Shown here piece by piece: positions 49,389 to 60,806 of a stretch of 64,000 nt of DNA. The translations under genes and the position numbers were made by a program. The stretch comes from Spirochaetaceae bacterium. GTDB taxonomy: Bacteria > Spirochaetota > Spirochaetia > DSM-2461. The notes beneath the pieces are model-generated. The model was not told where the DNA came from and searched no databases. It saw nothing but the letters and a program-made list of their open reading frames with translations. The stretch lies in assembly GCA_051531975.1 (NCBI GenBank), contig JAOPTT010000006.1, positions 664,315 to 728,314 on the forward strand. Direction: 5' to 3'. Each line of letters begins with the position of its first letter. Position 1 is the first letter of the stretch.

Positions 49389-51086
49389 ATGAAACTTAAT
49401 CTTTCTTTAAAAAGACAATTCTTTATATTAATTTCAATACAACTACTGTTTGGTTTAATAATACAGTCATATTATTCATTTAACCTTAATAGATTATTGG
49501 TTGATAGACAAAAGGAATATGTTCAAAACAGTGAAGATCAAATAGTATCAATTATTAATAATAAGCAAAAGTCAATTAACTACATAGGTGAAACTCTTGT
49601 TCTAAATACTCTGCATCAGGAGTTTATCAATGAAAATGATCCCATTAAAAAAGCTGGATTGATTAAACATATAAAAAGAAATTTCTCAGAGATAAGTGAA
49701 AGAAACCACGATGTTACTGATATTAAAATACTCTCTTCAGATGGTGATATTCTTGTTGAAAATATTATGGGAACAAGGTTTGTAATGGCTGAGATGTTAC
49801 AAGAATACTCTTTGGAAAGCATTAGATCAGGACTTGTAACAACATTCTATTACGACGATTATTATTCAATAAACAAAAAAAATAGGATGCACTTTTTTTA
49901 TATATCTCCAATATATTCAACTACAGAATATACAGGAAAAGCTCTAGGATATATTATTATTGCAGTTTCGATGAGTCATATAAACAACTATCTTAACAAA
50001 GGATCAGACTATATAATATCAGATAAAAATGGTGTTATTGGGGCAAGTACAAATCATACCCTTATTAATACAAACGAGTTAAATATTAATGGAAATGAAA
50101 AAGCAAAACAGAGAGTAATTGATGTTTTAGATTGGACAATATATAGCAATAACTCATTTACCAATATTAAAACAAATATAACACCAGTAATAAATAACGG
50201 TATAATTATATTAGTTGCAGCATTGGTATTTATGGCTCTATCTTCCATAATTATTATGAATAGTATAACCAATCCAATCAAAGATATTATTCTTAGTTTA
50301 AGAGACATTGCCAGTAAAAAACATAATAAAATTAAATCTACCAATAGTAATGAAATTGAGATTTTAACAAAAGAAATAAATATTATGTTACATAAAATAG
50401 AAGAATCCAATACTGAACTAATCGAAAAAAATGGGTTTTTACTTCTTGAAAAAGTTGAGAAGAAGAGAGCCCAGCTAGAGGCTCTACAGAGTCAAATCAA
50501 TCCTCATTTTCTATATAATACATTGGAATCAATAAGAATGATGTCATTAACTGATGATAGGAAAGAGATAGCCACAGCAATAAAAATACTTGCAAATCTA
50601 TTCAGATATACTACAAAAACTGATGTTAAAGAGGTAAGTTTTAAAGAAGAACTAAATCATGTAAAAAATTATACTGAACTGCTTAAGATAAGATATGAAG
50701 ATAATGTTGTCATTAACTACGAAATAGATGAAACACTATATAAGAATAGAACTCTTAAATTTATCCTGCAACCCATCGTCGAAAATGCTTTTGAACACGG
50801 TTTAAAAAATAAAATAGGAACTATTATTATTAGGTTAAAAAAGATCAAGAACTCCGCAGTTTTTAGTGTTATAGATAATGGAAGTGGAATAGATGATAAT
50901 ACTCTAGATTTAATGTCAAAAAGATTAAACAATGAAATAAAACAAACTAACGGTAGTATTGGCCTTTATAATGTAAATAAACGAATTAAACTAAAATACG
51001 GTGATAAATATGGTGTTTTTATAAAATCAAATATAGATATAGGAACCACAGTATCAATCTTTTTACCAAATGAGGAAAATGTATGA
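49389..51086 (+). CDS. YesM/LytS-type sensor histidine kinase
   Basis: LQSQINPHFLYNTLE, LQPIVENAFEHG, IGLYNVNKRI. Confidence 0.9.
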   Translation: MKLNLSLKRQFFILISIQLLFGLIIQSYYSFNLNRLLVDRQKEYVQNSEDQIVSIINNKQKSINYIGETLVLNTLHQEFINENDPIKKAGLIKHIKRNFSEISERNHDVTDIKILSSDGDILVENIMGTRFVMAEMLQEYSLESIRSGLVTTFYYDDYYSINKKNRMHFFYISPIYSTTEYTGKALGYIIIAVSMSHINNYLNKGSDYIISDKNGVIGASTNHTLINTNELNINGNEKAKQRVIDVLDWTIYSNNSFTNIKTNITPVINNGIIILVAALVFMALSSIIIMNSITNPIKDIILSLRDIASKKHNKIKSTNSNEIEILTKEINIMLHKIEESNTELIEKNGFLLLEKVEKKRAQLEALQSQINPHFLYNTLESIRMMSLTDDRKEIATAIKILANLFRYTTKTDVKEVSFKEELNHVKNYTELLKIRYEDNVVINYEIDETLYKNRTLKFILQPIVENAFEHGLKNKIGTIIIRLKKIKNSAVFSVIDNGSGIDDNTLDLMSKRLNNEIKQTNGSIGLYNVNKRIKLKYGDKYGVFIKSNIDIGTTVSIFLPNEENV

Positions 51087-52108
51087 ATATTCTAATAGTT
51101 GACGATGAACCCAAAATTAGAAAAGGTCTAAGACATGTTGTTGACTGGTTTGAACACGGAATAAAAATTATAGGTTCAGCATCAAATGGCAGTGAAGCTT
51201 TAGAAATAATTAAGAACCCTGATAATAAAGTTGATTTAGTTATTACTGATATAGAAATGCCTATCATGGATGGTATCCAATTATCTAAAGAGATCAAAAA
51301 TAGTTATCCGGGAATAAAAATTATTATACTCTCAGGTTATGACAACTTTGAATATGCAAAAAAAGCAATGATATACGGAGTTACCGATTATCTATTAAAA
51401 CCGGTGGATGAAGATGAACTATTAAATACTGTTTTAAAATTAAGAAAGCAGATAGAAGATAAAAATTTTAGTTATCCAGAAGGATTTGTAAAAAAAATAA
51501 TAGATGATATAGAGAGTTTTAAATCTAAAGAGATAAATGATAATATAGAAGAACTTTATCTTTATTTTAAAAAAGAGAGATATACTTTAAAACAGATTAA
51601 AGGTTCATTAAATCTTATGTTTCTTAATATTGAAAATAAAATGCTTCCTGAAGGAGTTTCTTATAAAGATATTTCGAACAATGATGAATTTCAGACTAAT
51701 AACCTGTCATCTAGCTCACCAGAAGAATCTATGACTCTTTTTCTAAAATGTCTGATTATTATTGCTGAACATAAATCATCAAGTAAATCTTTAACAATAA
51801 TAAATCAGATAAAAAAATATATTAGAGAGAACCTGGGTTCAGAAATATCACTGAATTCTGTTGCAAGTGAGTTCCTTTTAAATCCTTCATATCTAAGCCA
51901 ATTATTCAAAAAACATTATAAAGGTGGGTTTTTAACATATATTATCGATCTAAAAATGGAGAAAGCTAAAAAATTATTAAAAGATAAAAACCTCAAAATA
52001 TCAGAAATTAGTGAAATAATTGGTTATACTGATGTAAAATACTTTAGTAAACTTTTCAAGAACAAAATTGGAATACGTCCATCAGAATATAGGGAGAATT
52101 TAAGTTAA
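51083..52108 (+). CDS. YesN-type response regulator (REC plus AraC)
   Basis: IVDDEP, TDIEMPIMDG, YLLKP, YFSKLFKNKIGIRPSEYR. Confidence 0.9.
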   Translation: MNILIVDDEPKIRKGLRHVVDWFEHGIKIIGSASNGSEALEIIKNPDNKVDLVITDIEMPIMDGIQLSKEIKNSYPGIKIIILSGYDNFEYAKKAMIYGVTDYLLKPVDEDELLNTVLKLRKQIEDKNFSYPEGFVKKIIDDIESFKSKEINDNIEELYLYFKKERYTLKQIKGSLNLMFLNIENKMLPEGVSYKDISNNDEFQTNNLSSSSPEESMTLFLKCLIIIAEHKSSSKSLTIINQIKKYIRENLGSEISLNSVASEFLLNPSYLSQLFKKHYKGGFLTYIIDLKMEKAKKLLKDKNLKISEISEIIGYTDVKYFSKLFKNKIGIRPSEYRENLS

Positions 52109-53664
52109 GGATTTATTATTCCCAACTGGGTGGCTTTATTATTAACCTCATCTATTGCCATATCCAATCCCTCATCCTGTAGCAGTTTAATCTGTTTTTC
52201 CCACTCTTTTATTGGATCATCTGCTATAGATACATTAAGTATGGTATCAAATATAGCATCACCTTTCTCAAATTTTGATTTAGTTGGAGTATTTAAATAT
52301 TGTATATCCATATTTACAGGACTTAAATACTCTCTGTTTTTTTCATATAAATCCAAGCAACTCTCCATTATATTTTTTTTATATATAGCAAGAGAATATT
52401 CATCTACAATCCAGTTACTGATATCCCCACCCCAGGAAGGTAGATCGATAAAAATATTTAATGAAGGGTATTTTTTATTCATGTCTGAACTATCAATAAT
52501 ATTGATAACTCCATCTTCTAATGTAAAGTCTACACCAGGTATTCCATATTTAATGGAATTTTGTCCCTCTTCAGATAACAGGTAATCATATAGACTTAAT
52601 ATTTTCTCCATTTTTTTATCAGATACATTAGAACTGAAAAAACTTGATGACCAGAAATTTTTACCTTCATGGAAAGAGTATCGATATCCTTCTTCATTTT
52701 TCCAAATTGGAAGGAACTCAATTACATCTGATAGGTCTGTATCATTATACCGTAACCATAAATCAGATAAACTATATATTACTCTTGGTTTAATCTGGGT
52801 AAACAACATTCCTGTTTTCCCCAAACAAAAATTAAATTTACCCTCTTCCCCCGATAAAGATAAAAGCTGTGGATCTAAAAGCTCTTCTTTCCAAAGTCTG
52901 TTTAATTCCATTATACCTGTAACCATATTTTTAGAAATATATCCTGGAATCCACTTATTATCTTCAAATTTCCATGTTTTACTGGCTGCTTCAGGCACAG
53001 ATGATAAAAAAACAGTTGAAGTATACTGTTTATTAGCAAAAGTTATTCCTGTTGTATCGTCAATTCCATTTCCATCAGGATCATTTTCTTTAAAAGCTTT
53101 TGCTAGAGAGACGTACTCTTCAAATGTTTCTGGGATGTCTAATCCCAGTTTAACTCTCCAGTCCTTTCTTGAGACAATCCCTCTTTCTGCAGAATTATAT
53201 GTAGAATCTAGGGCATTAATTCTTGGAAAAAGATATAACTTTCCATAGGTACTAAGGTTCTTAATTCCTTCCTGTTCAGTGATAGATTTAATATATGGAT
53301 ATTTACTTAGATCAGCTGGTAATGACCTGATTTGATTATTATCTATCCAGCTATAATATTCATCTGATAACATAAAACTACCAACAAATATATCAGGAAG
53401 TTTATTAGAGGCAGCCCAATAAAGAATTTTTTGATTATATTCAGCCCATGTTAGGTTTTTTGGAACTATATTGATATTAAATTTTTCTTCTATAAATTTC
53501 AGGTAATCATCATTGTCACTAGTTAAAAATTTTTCTATTTCCCAAAAAGCCACCGATATATCAATAACCGGTGGCTTTTCTATCTGTGCTATTTTAATCT
53601 CCTCTTTAACAGTACAAGAGGAGATTATTAAAAGCATAAGGTTTAATTGTAATATTTTTCTCAT
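52105..53664 (-). CDS. Oligosaccharide-binding lipoprotein (LplA-like), paralog of 53705-55261
   Basis: Lipobox-like IISSC; RKDWR..LG, DPDGNGIDDT.G; extensive identity with its neighbour. Confidence 0.85.
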   Translation of the reverse strand: MRKILQLNLMLLIISSCTVKEEIKIAQIEKPPVIDISVAFWEIEKFLTSDNDDYLKFIEEKFNINIVPKNLTWAEYNQKILYWAASNKLPDIFVGSFMLSDEYYSWIDNNQIRSLPADLSKYPYIKSITEQEGIKNLSTYGKLYLFPRINALDSTYNSAERGIVSRKDWRVKLGLDIPETFEEYVSLAKAFKENDPDGNGIDDTTGITFANKQYTSTVFLSSVPEAASKTWKFEDNKWIPGYISKNMVTGIMELNRLWKEELLDPQLLSLSGEEGKFNFCLGKTGMLFTQIKPRVIYSLSDLWLRYNDTDLSDVIEFLPIWKNEEGYRYSFHEGKNFWSSSFFSSNVSDKKMEKILSLYDYLLSEEGQNSIKYGIPGVDFTLEDGVINIIDSSDMNKKYPSLNIFIDLPSWGGDISNWIVDEYSLAIYKKNIMESCLDLYEKNREYLSPVNMDIQYLNTPTKSKFEKGDAIFDTILNVSIADDPIKEWEKQIKLLQDEGLDMAIDEVNNKATQLGIINP

Positions 53665-53704
53665 TAAATTAATGCTATCAGGGAATTAACCTTAATGCAA
53701 TATA

Positions 53705-55261
53705 TTATTTAATCCCTAACTCTTTAGCTTTCTGATTTACTTCTTCAATTGCACCATCTAAACCTTCAGCTCTTAACTGATCCATCTGGTTGTTCCATTC
53801 AGTTTCAGGATCATCTGAAATCATTGCAACTATAACTGAATCAAATATTAAATCCCCTCGCTCGAATTTAGCCTTATTTGGAGTACTTAAGTATTGAATA
53901 CCCATATTAACAGGACTTAAACTGTTTTTGCTATCATCATACTGATTGATACAAACATCCATAACATCTTCAGGATACATTGCTAATGAAAATCCATCTT
54001 TAACCCAAACGCTCATGTCATTAAACCATACAGGAAGACCTCTAAATATCCCTATTGAAGGATATTTTTTCTCAAGATCAACAGACTTATCGTTAACTGT
54101 TACATCGTTACCATTATCTGTCATATCTATACCAGGAATACCAAATTTAAGTATATTTACTCCCTCAGTAGATAATAAGAAGTTATAGATCTCCATGATT
54201 TTAGCCATTTTTTCGTCTGATACATGTGCACTAAAATAACTTGATGACCAGAAGTTTTTACCTTCGTGGAAAGCGTATCTTTTACCTTCTTCATTTTTCC
54301 ATATTGGTAAGAACTCTATTTTATCAGTTAAATCAGAATCATTATATTTTTCCCAAAGTTCTGAAATATCTTTAAGTTTATTAGCTTTAGCACCAGTAAA
54401 TAACATACCTGTATTACCCTGTGCAAATACCTCATTACCCTCTTTACCATTATATGATAAAACATCACCATCAACTACTCCAGACTTCCAAAGTGTATTA
54501 AGTTCTTTAATTCCTTTAACCATATCTTTTGATGCATATCCAGGAATCCATTTACCATCTTCTTTTTTCCATGTTTTACTTGCAGCTTCAGGCACAGTTG
54601 AAAGTAGTGCCATTGATACTAACGCTTTAGACCTGAAAGTCATACCAATTGTATCATTTACTCCATTTCCATCTAGATCATTTTCAGTAAAAGCTTTAGC
54701 TAATGCTAAATAATCATCAAATGTTTCCGGCTTAGGTATACCAAGTTCCTCTCTCCAGTCTTTTCTGGACATTATTCCTCTTTCTGCAGAGTTATAACTT
54801 GAATCAGCAGCGTTTAATCTTGGGAACATATAAAGATCTCCATCGATTTTTAAAGAACTAATAGCTGGTTGATTAACTACTTTATTTAAAACAGGATATG
54901 CAGACATATCTGACGGTAGTGCTCGTAGAAGTCCTTCATCAACCCATTGGTAATATACATCCTGAAGCATCATTGCACTTGCAAAAACATCTGGTAGGTC
55001 ATCTGAAGCACCCCACAATAGTGCCTTTTCATTCCAATCTCCCCATCCAAAGTTTCTTGGTACAATGTTAACATTAAATCTTTCTTCAATATATTTAGTG
55101 AATTCATCTTTGTTTGCACTATCTATATATGTACTTATATCCCAATATCCTATTGAAATATCCATCTTTTTCATTTCACCACTTTCTGCTTCTTTATTAC
55201 CACTTGCATAGGTAGATAAAGCCAATAAAAATACAATAGATAACATTAAAATCTTTTTCAT
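53705..55261 (-). CDS. Oligosaccharide ABC substrate-binding protein (LplA-like)
   Basis: MKKILML..ASGNKE N-terminus; RKDWREELG, DLDGNGVNDTIG. Confidence 0.85.
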   Translation of the reverse strand: MKKILMLSIVFLLALSTYASGNKEAESGEMKKMDISIGYWDISTYIDSANKDEFTKYIEERFNVNIVPRNFGWGDWNEKALLWGASDDLPDVFASAMMLQDVYYQWVDEGLLRALPSDMSAYPVLNKVVNQPAISSLKIDGDLYMFPRLNAADSSYNSAERGIMSRKDWREELGIPKPETFDDYLALAKAFTENDLDGNGVNDTIGMTFRSKALVSMALLSTVPEAASKTWKKEDGKWIPGYASKDMVKGIKELNTLWKSGVVDGDVLSYNGKEGNEVFAQGNTGMLFTGAKANKLKDISELWEKYNDSDLTDKIEFLPIWKNEEGKRYAFHEGKNFWSSSYFSAHVSDEKMAKIMEIYNFLLSTEGVNILKFGIPGIDMTDNGNDVTVNDKSVDLEKKYPSIGIFRGLPVWFNDMSVWVKDGFSLAMYPEDVMDVCINQYDDSKNSLSPVNMGIQYLSTPNKAKFERGDLIFDSVIVAMISDDPETEWNNQMDQLRAEGLDGAIEEVNQKAKELGIK

Positions 55262-55376
55262 TCTGTTCTCCTTCGTTTCAATAATTAAATTATAGATCCA
55301 CATATTAAAACTACGGGAGGGATGAACTTTAGATAAAAGGGGGGGTATATTTTACCTGTATTGATCAATAGTTATA

Positions 55377-56921
55377 CTAGAAAACAATACCAGGTCCAAA
55401 TGTTGGATAAGCAGTATTTATATAGGGATTATTATACTGATCACCATTTTCCCGGGCAAATTTCCACATCTTTTTATAATACTCCTTAACTACAGTTTCA
55501 TAAGATCCATTTTTACCATCTGCTATAAGATTTTTCATCTCATGGGGATCTTTTTGCAGATCATATAGTTCATCATAATCAAAACCATTAAATACAAATT
55601 TGTATTTTTTATCAAAAACAATTCTCTGAATACCGTAAAGTTCATTACCATTTGACTGAGTATATAGCTCTTTTCTCCATGTTACATTTTCTTCTTTAAG
55701 AAAGGGAATTAGTGATTGTCCAGCAAAGGAAATTTGTCTTAATGTTCCCTCTTCAGTTGGTATTTTTCCGTGTGGATTAATCTCCTGACTATTAACAGCT
55801 TCAAGGAAAGTTGGAGCAAAATCTACAAGTGAAACCATTTCATCTACCTGCCGCCCTGGATTTTTTATACCATTAGGCCAACGCATAACAGCTGGAATAT
55901 GGTACGCACCTCTAAATGGGGCAAGACCCTTTGTCCACAAACCGTGTTCACCTGCATAGTCACCATGGTCGGAAACAAATAGTACAATAGTATTATCTGT
56001 CTGCCCTGTCTTTTCTATAACATCTAGGATTCTACCAAACTGGGCATCAACAAATGAGCAAAATGCATAATATTGATGAAGTGCCTTTTTATGTTCTTCT
56101 CTTGGCAGACGTGAATAGATATCCTGTATTCGTCTATAAAACCCCGGTTTATCCTTCATATCATCATCAAAACTAAGTGGTAATTCTATAAGGTCTTGGT
56201 CAATTTTATCAAGATATACCTGTGGAACTTCATATGGATCATGGGGCCCTAACAGACCTACATATTGAATCCACGGGTTACTGTTTTCTGAGTTCTTACG
56301 ATTTAATATAATATCCACGGCTTCTGTTGTTACATCTACATCCCCAAAAGGATTTTTGTTGGTTCCATAATGTGAATATCTTGTATATCCAGGACGTATT
56401 ATATCTCCAGAATTACGGGCATCATCTTCTTTATCTATCTTACATTGACTATATTTTTTCCAGTTTCGGTGTTTTTCAACCTCCATCTCTTCTAGGGTTA
56501 ATGTCTCTTTAATAGATTTAAACTGTGCCTGGTTACCCTTAACAGTTCCAACATTCCAACCTCTATCTGCTGGACCATACAAACTGCTTACATGCCATTT
56601 ACCACAATAATCCATCTGATATCCCTCTTTCCCAAGAATATCTGTAAATAATCCAACATTCTCTTTTGTAGTACGGCTTAAAGCATTAGATACATCAACA
56701 TTATTCCAGACTCCATGTCTTGTTGGATAAAGTCCTGTAAAAAAACTTGCCCTAGACGGACAGCAATGTGGAGAAGGACAATAAGTATCTGTAAATGTTA
56801 AACCATCCTGTCTAAATTTATCTAAATTAGGAGTGGGAATCAGAGGATTAATTAAAGAGTCCCCCCTTTGCTGATCTGTCATAAAAATTAATATATTTGG
56901 CCGTTTGGTACTCTCGCTCAT
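55377..56921 (-). CDS. Sulfatase
   Basis: RPNILIFMTDQQR, CCPSRASFFTG (CxPxR), GKWH, SDHGD, ELYDLQKDPHE. Confidence 0.9.
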   Translation of the reverse strand: MSESTKRPNILIFMTDQQRGDSLINPLIPTPNLDKFRQDGLTFTDTYCPSPHCCPSRASFFTGLYPTRHGVWNNVDVSNALSRTTKENVGLFTDILGKEGYQMDYCGKWHVSSLYGPADRGWNVGTVKGNQAQFKSIKETLTLEEMEVEKHRNWKKYSQCKIDKEDDARNSGDIIRPGYTRYSHYGTNKNPFGDVDVTTEAVDIILNRKNSENSNPWIQYVGLLGPHDPYEVPQVYLDKIDQDLIELPLSFDDDMKDKPGFYRRIQDIYSRLPREEHKKALHQYYAFCSFVDAQFGRILDVIEKTGQTDNTIVLFVSDHGDYAGEHGLWTKGLAPFRGAYHIPAVMRWPNGIKNPGRQVDEMVSLVDFAPTFLEAVNSQEINPHGKIPTEEGTLRQISFAGQSLIPFLKEENVTWRKELYTQSNGNELYGIQRIVFDKKYKFVFNGFDYDELYDLQKDPHEMKNLIADGKNGSYETVVKEYYKKMWKFARENGDQYNNPYINTAYPTFGPGIVF

Positions 56922-56930
56922 GTACTCTCC

Positions 56931-58946
56931 TTAGTTATTGTTAATCAACAATACTCTTATACCGTATGGCTCAATTTCAAAATGACCTGCTTTTATCAAC
57001 TTGTTATGATACAAATCTTTCATACTGTATTTGCATTCTAGAGTTATGGTATCTGTATTGTGATTGATCAAATAATATACTTCTTGTTTTTCATCTAAGG
57101 TGTGAGTAATCAATTCAATACCTATAGGAAGCATTTTATCATATTCTATAATTATATCTTCGAATAATCCATTTGTAGTAAAAAGATTAAAAAAATAATC
57201 GGAATAAAATTCTTCATCAGGAAAAACACTTAAATATGTCAGAGATCCTTTACCTAGAGTTTTTTCACATAATGCAGGAAAATTGTTGTACCAGTTTGAG
57301 CTAATTTTTGCTGAAACTTTGGTTTTGTCATCTATATCTTTAACAAGGTCAGAAAAGATAGAAAAGCAGTATGTCTTATTATTCCAATTAAATTTTTCCT
57401 TCTCAGTTTGACCCAAAGTGATAAAGTCTGAGATATCAAAACCTAAGACATCTTTTAAAATTGGATGTATTCTATCTGGATAGATTTGTCCATTAATATC
57501 TTTATTACCACATAATGGATGCATAATTACTATCCCACCAGTCGAGACAAAATCTAATATTTTTTTAGCAAGAGAATCCGTCATAGCGGATAAAAATGGA
57601 ATAATTAGAATATTATAATCATTCCAATCTTGATTCCTTCCTGTTAGATCCATATTTATACCAAATCTTTGTATTACACTGTAAATTTTCTTAGTTCTTT
57701 CAATGTAGAGGTTTTTTGGACCGTTCCAGGATGAACCTGTTTCCATTATCCATCTTGTTGGAAAATCATATAACATAGCCACAGCACTATTTATAATTGA
57801 GTTATCAATTAAATCTTTTAGCTCTGATAATTTACTACCTACCCTTGATACTTCGTCATAAATACGCCGTGGTTTCCCATTATAATCAACAATAGTTCCA
57901 TGGGATTGTTCAGCACCAAAGACACAACTCTTCCATCTGAAATAAAATATACCCACGGCACCATTTGCAATGACATGCATAGTTGTCTTTTCAATCTCGC
58001 CAGGAGCAGGTGTATTATTTTCTGCTCCTGGAATCATATGTGGACCATTTCTTAGTTCATGAACTTGAAATTTACGTTTACCATAACCTCTAGCAGCACA
58101 TAGACCCATGGATATATTAAGACCCTTAGAACCACCATAAGGAGGGTAATAATTTGTACCGTTAATATCAAGATATTTAGTCATATCAAAATAATCTGTA
58201 TTAGCATTCCACAGAGGCTGATGATTTGTAGTAACAAATTGTTTCTTCCCTTTGTTTTTTCTCACTTCACCACTCAATAATGCAACTGCTTTATTAGTTG
58301 AATCGCTTCTGAATTGTCTCCATGACTGAAGATGTCCAGGACTGTGAAAAGTTTTGGTAATTTGTGGTGATATAATTTCATCAAATGAGTCAAGCCTAAG
58401 ACCCCAGAAATCCAGACCCCATTCATGATTAAGTATATTAATATTCTCATATCTATTAGTGCAAAAATCTATAAAACCCTTCTGGCAATATTTACAATGA
58501 CAATCCGGTTCATCACCAAACTCATTATCAAGATGCCATCCGGTTATACTAGGGTGATTGGAATAATATGATGACATTTTATCAGCGAGAAACCCTGCTC
58601 TCTCTAAAAGAACTGGATTGTTAATACAAAAAGTATAACGGCTCCCAAAAGTAAGGCTTTCCCCGGATTCAAGTTTTATTAATACTTCTGGATTTTTTTT
58701 AACCAACCAATTTGGAGCAGTCCTTAAAGGAGGACATAACAATACATCTATATTTTTTTTCTGTGCAATATCTAAAAAACTATCAAGCCACGAAAAGTCA
58801 TATTTTCCTTCTGATGGCTCAAAAAGTTTCCACGCAAACTCACCGATTCTAAGACAGTTCACCCCTGCTCTTTCCATCATATCTACATCATAAGTCCATT
58901 TACCCTGATCTCTATGTTCTGGGTAATAAGCAGCACCAAATAGCAT
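56931..58946 (-). CDS. GH42 beta-galactosidase
   Basis: GAAYYPEH, IGEFAW..FEPSEG, WHLDNE, GAEQSHG. Confidence 0.9.
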   Translation of the reverse strand: MLFGAAYYPEHRDQGKWTYDVDMMERAGVNCLRIGEFAWKLFEPSEGKYDFSWLDSFLDIAQKKNIDVLLCPPLRTAPNWLVKKNPEVLIKLESGESLTFGSRYTFCINNPVLLERAGFLADKMSSYYSNHPSITGWHLDNEFGDEPDCHCKYCQKGFIDFCTNRYENINILNHEWGLDFWGLRLDSFDEIISPQITKTFHSPGHLQSWRQFRSDSTNKAVALLSGEVRKNKGKKQFVTTNHQPLWNANTDYFDMTKYLDINGTNYYPPYGGSKGLNISMGLCAARGYGKRKFQVHELRNGPHMIPGAENNTPAPGEIEKTTMHVIANGAVGIFYFRWKSCVFGAEQSHGTIVDYNGKPRRIYDEVSRVGSKLSELKDLIDNSIINSAVAMLYDFPTRWIMETGSSWNGPKNLYIERTKKIYSVIQRFGINMDLTGRNQDWNDYNILIIPFLSAMTDSLAKKILDFVSTGGIVIMHPLCGNKDINGQIYPDRIHPILKDVLGFDISDFITLGQTEKEKFNWNNKTYCFSIFSDLVKDIDDKTKVSAKISSNWYNNFPALCEKTLGKGSLTYLSVFPDEEFYSDYFFNLFTTNGLFEDIIIEYDKMLPIGIELITHTLDEKQEVYYLINHNTDTITLECKYSMKDLYHNKLIKAGHFEIEPYGIRVLLINNN

Positions 58947-58977
58947 AAACTCTCCTTAAATTGGTATCTTTGACCTT

Positions 58978-59874
58978 TCAGCCTTTAACCGAACCAACCA
59001 TTACTCCCGATGCAAAATATGGTTGAATAAAAGGGTAAACACACATAATGGGAACAATAGTAATTACAACTGCAGCCATCTGCAGTATTTCCGGCATCGT
59101 GTCGGTAGTAGAGGACTGTGCAGAAGATGCTGATGTAGATAATGTTGATGCTGCAGAGTTAATTATCTCTCTTAATACTAACTGTAAAGGGAATTTAGCT
59201 GCATCGTTTATTAAAAACATTGCAAGCCACCATTCATTCCATCTTCCAACTGCGTAAAATAGTCCAACAGCAGCTATAGTAGCCTTAGATACAGGTAATA
59301 TTATATGAATTAATATCTGGATATCATTTGCACCATCAAGTATCGCAGACTCTTCCAAACTTGGTGGAACACTTTTAAAATGATTTAACATAATAAACAG
59401 TAGGAAAGTATCTATACCTGCTGGAAGTATCATAGCAAAATAGCTATTTATTAAACCCAGATTTTTCATAGTCAGATAAAATGGTATAAGTCCACCGTTA
59501 AATAACATTGTAAAAATAATTAACAACATAAAAATCTTTCTACCAGGAAGATTTTTTTTAGACAGAGCATAAGCACCACTTGCTGTTAAAAACATATTAA
59601 AAGCTGTTCCAAAAATCACAAGAAAAATAGTGGTAATAAATGCTTTACCTAATCCTGATCTCATAAAAACATGAGAATATGAAGAGAGATCAAAACTTGT
59701 TGGTATCAAGTAGAATAGTTGATCATTAACCGCCCTAGGAGTAGCAAATGAACGTATTACAACATTGTAAAATGGGAGAACGATCAATAGACTCAATATT
59801 ATTAAAATTATTGTTATTGTTATATCCAAACCAGTAACTTTATTATTTGGTTTCATTCTTTTTATTAGTTTCAT
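58978..59874 (-). CDS. Carbohydrate ABC permease (LplC-like)
   Basis: FNGGLIPFY, LEESAILDGA, YPFIQPYF..GSVKG. Confidence 0.9.
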   Translation of the reverse strand: MKLIKRMKPNNKVTGLDITITIILIILSLLIVLPFYNVVIRSFATPRAVNDQLFYLIPTSFDLSSYSHVFMRSGLGKAFITTIFLVIFGTAFNMFLTASGAYALSKKNLPGRKIFMLLIIFTMLFNGGLIPFYLTMKNLGLINSYFAMILPAGIDTFLLFIMLNHFKSVPPSLEESAILDGANDIQILIHIILPVSKATIAAVGLFYAVGRWNEWWLAMFLINDAAKFPLQLVLREIINSAASTLSTSASSAQSSTTDTMPEILQMAAVVITIVPIMCVYPFIQPYFASGVMVGSVKG

Positions 59875-59888
59875 TTTATTCTCCTTCT

Positions 59889-60806
59889 TTAAATAAGTGC
59901 ATTATCACTAACTTTTCCAGCAATTTTATTTGCAGAAAATAGTAATATGCAGTTGATAATAGATTTAAACAGACCTATAGCTGTAGAGGATCCAAAACTT
60001 GCACCCTGAAAAAATGTTCGACGGTAGACAAATGTATCAATAATGTCACCTGTTTTATAAACAGCTGGATTATAGAGGTTAATAACCTGCATAAAACCGG
60101 CACCTGCTGTATTCATAACATTTCCGATAAAAAGAATTAGAAGAATTGTCACAACAGGTGAAAGAGCAGGCCAGGAAATTATCTGTATCTTTTGAAATCT
60201 ACTTGCTCCATCGATATCAGCAGCTTCATATAGGGTAGGATCTACACCAGAAAGTGCAGCAAGATAGATAATTGTACCCCAACCCATCTCTTTCCACATA
60301 TCAGTACCAACAAGAAACATTCTAAAAGTATCAGGATTAATTAATACATGTTGTTTTGGTAATTTAAGAAAAATCAGTATTGAGTTTACTACACCACCAC
60401 CACCAAACAGATCCAGAACAATACCACTTATTACAACCCATGATAGGAAATGTGGGAAAGTCAAAACTGTCTGTATAAAGTTTTTGAATTTTCTTAATCT
60501 TAGCTCATTAATAGCTATTGCAAGAATTATTGGAGCTGGGAAGGAAATAACCAACCGCATTCCAGCTAGAATAACCGTATTTCTGAAAGCACTCCAGAAG
60601 TTAGGAAGCCTCAATATCTCTCTGAAATTCTCAAGTCCAATCCAACTACTACCAACAATACCCTTGGCATAACTAAACTTTTTAAATGCTAGAATTACTC
60701 CATATATTGGAATATATTTAAAAATTATAAAAAAACATAAAGTTGGAATCAATAATATATATAAATATCTGCTCTTCCAGATCTCTTTTTTTAAAGAACT
60801 GTTCAT
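59889..60806 (-). CDS. Carbohydrate ABC permease (LplB-like)
   Basis: FPHFLSWVV, WKEMGWGTIIYLAAL, LYEAADIDGASR. Confidence 0.9.
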   Translation of the reverse strand: MNSSLKKEIWKSRYLYILLIPTLCFFIIFKYIPIYGVILAFKKFSYAKGIVGSSWIGLENFREILRLPNFWSAFRNTVILAGMRLVISFPAPIILAIAINELRLRKFKNFIQTVLTFPHFLSWVVISGIVLDLFGGGGVVNSILIFLKLPKQHVLINPDTFRMFLVGTDMWKEMGWGTIIYLAALSGVDPTLYEAADIDGASRFQKIQIISWPALSPVVTILLILFIGNVMNTAGAGFMQVINLYNPAVYKTGDIIDTFVYRRTFFQGASFGSSTAIGLFKSIINCILLFSANKIAGKVSDNALI

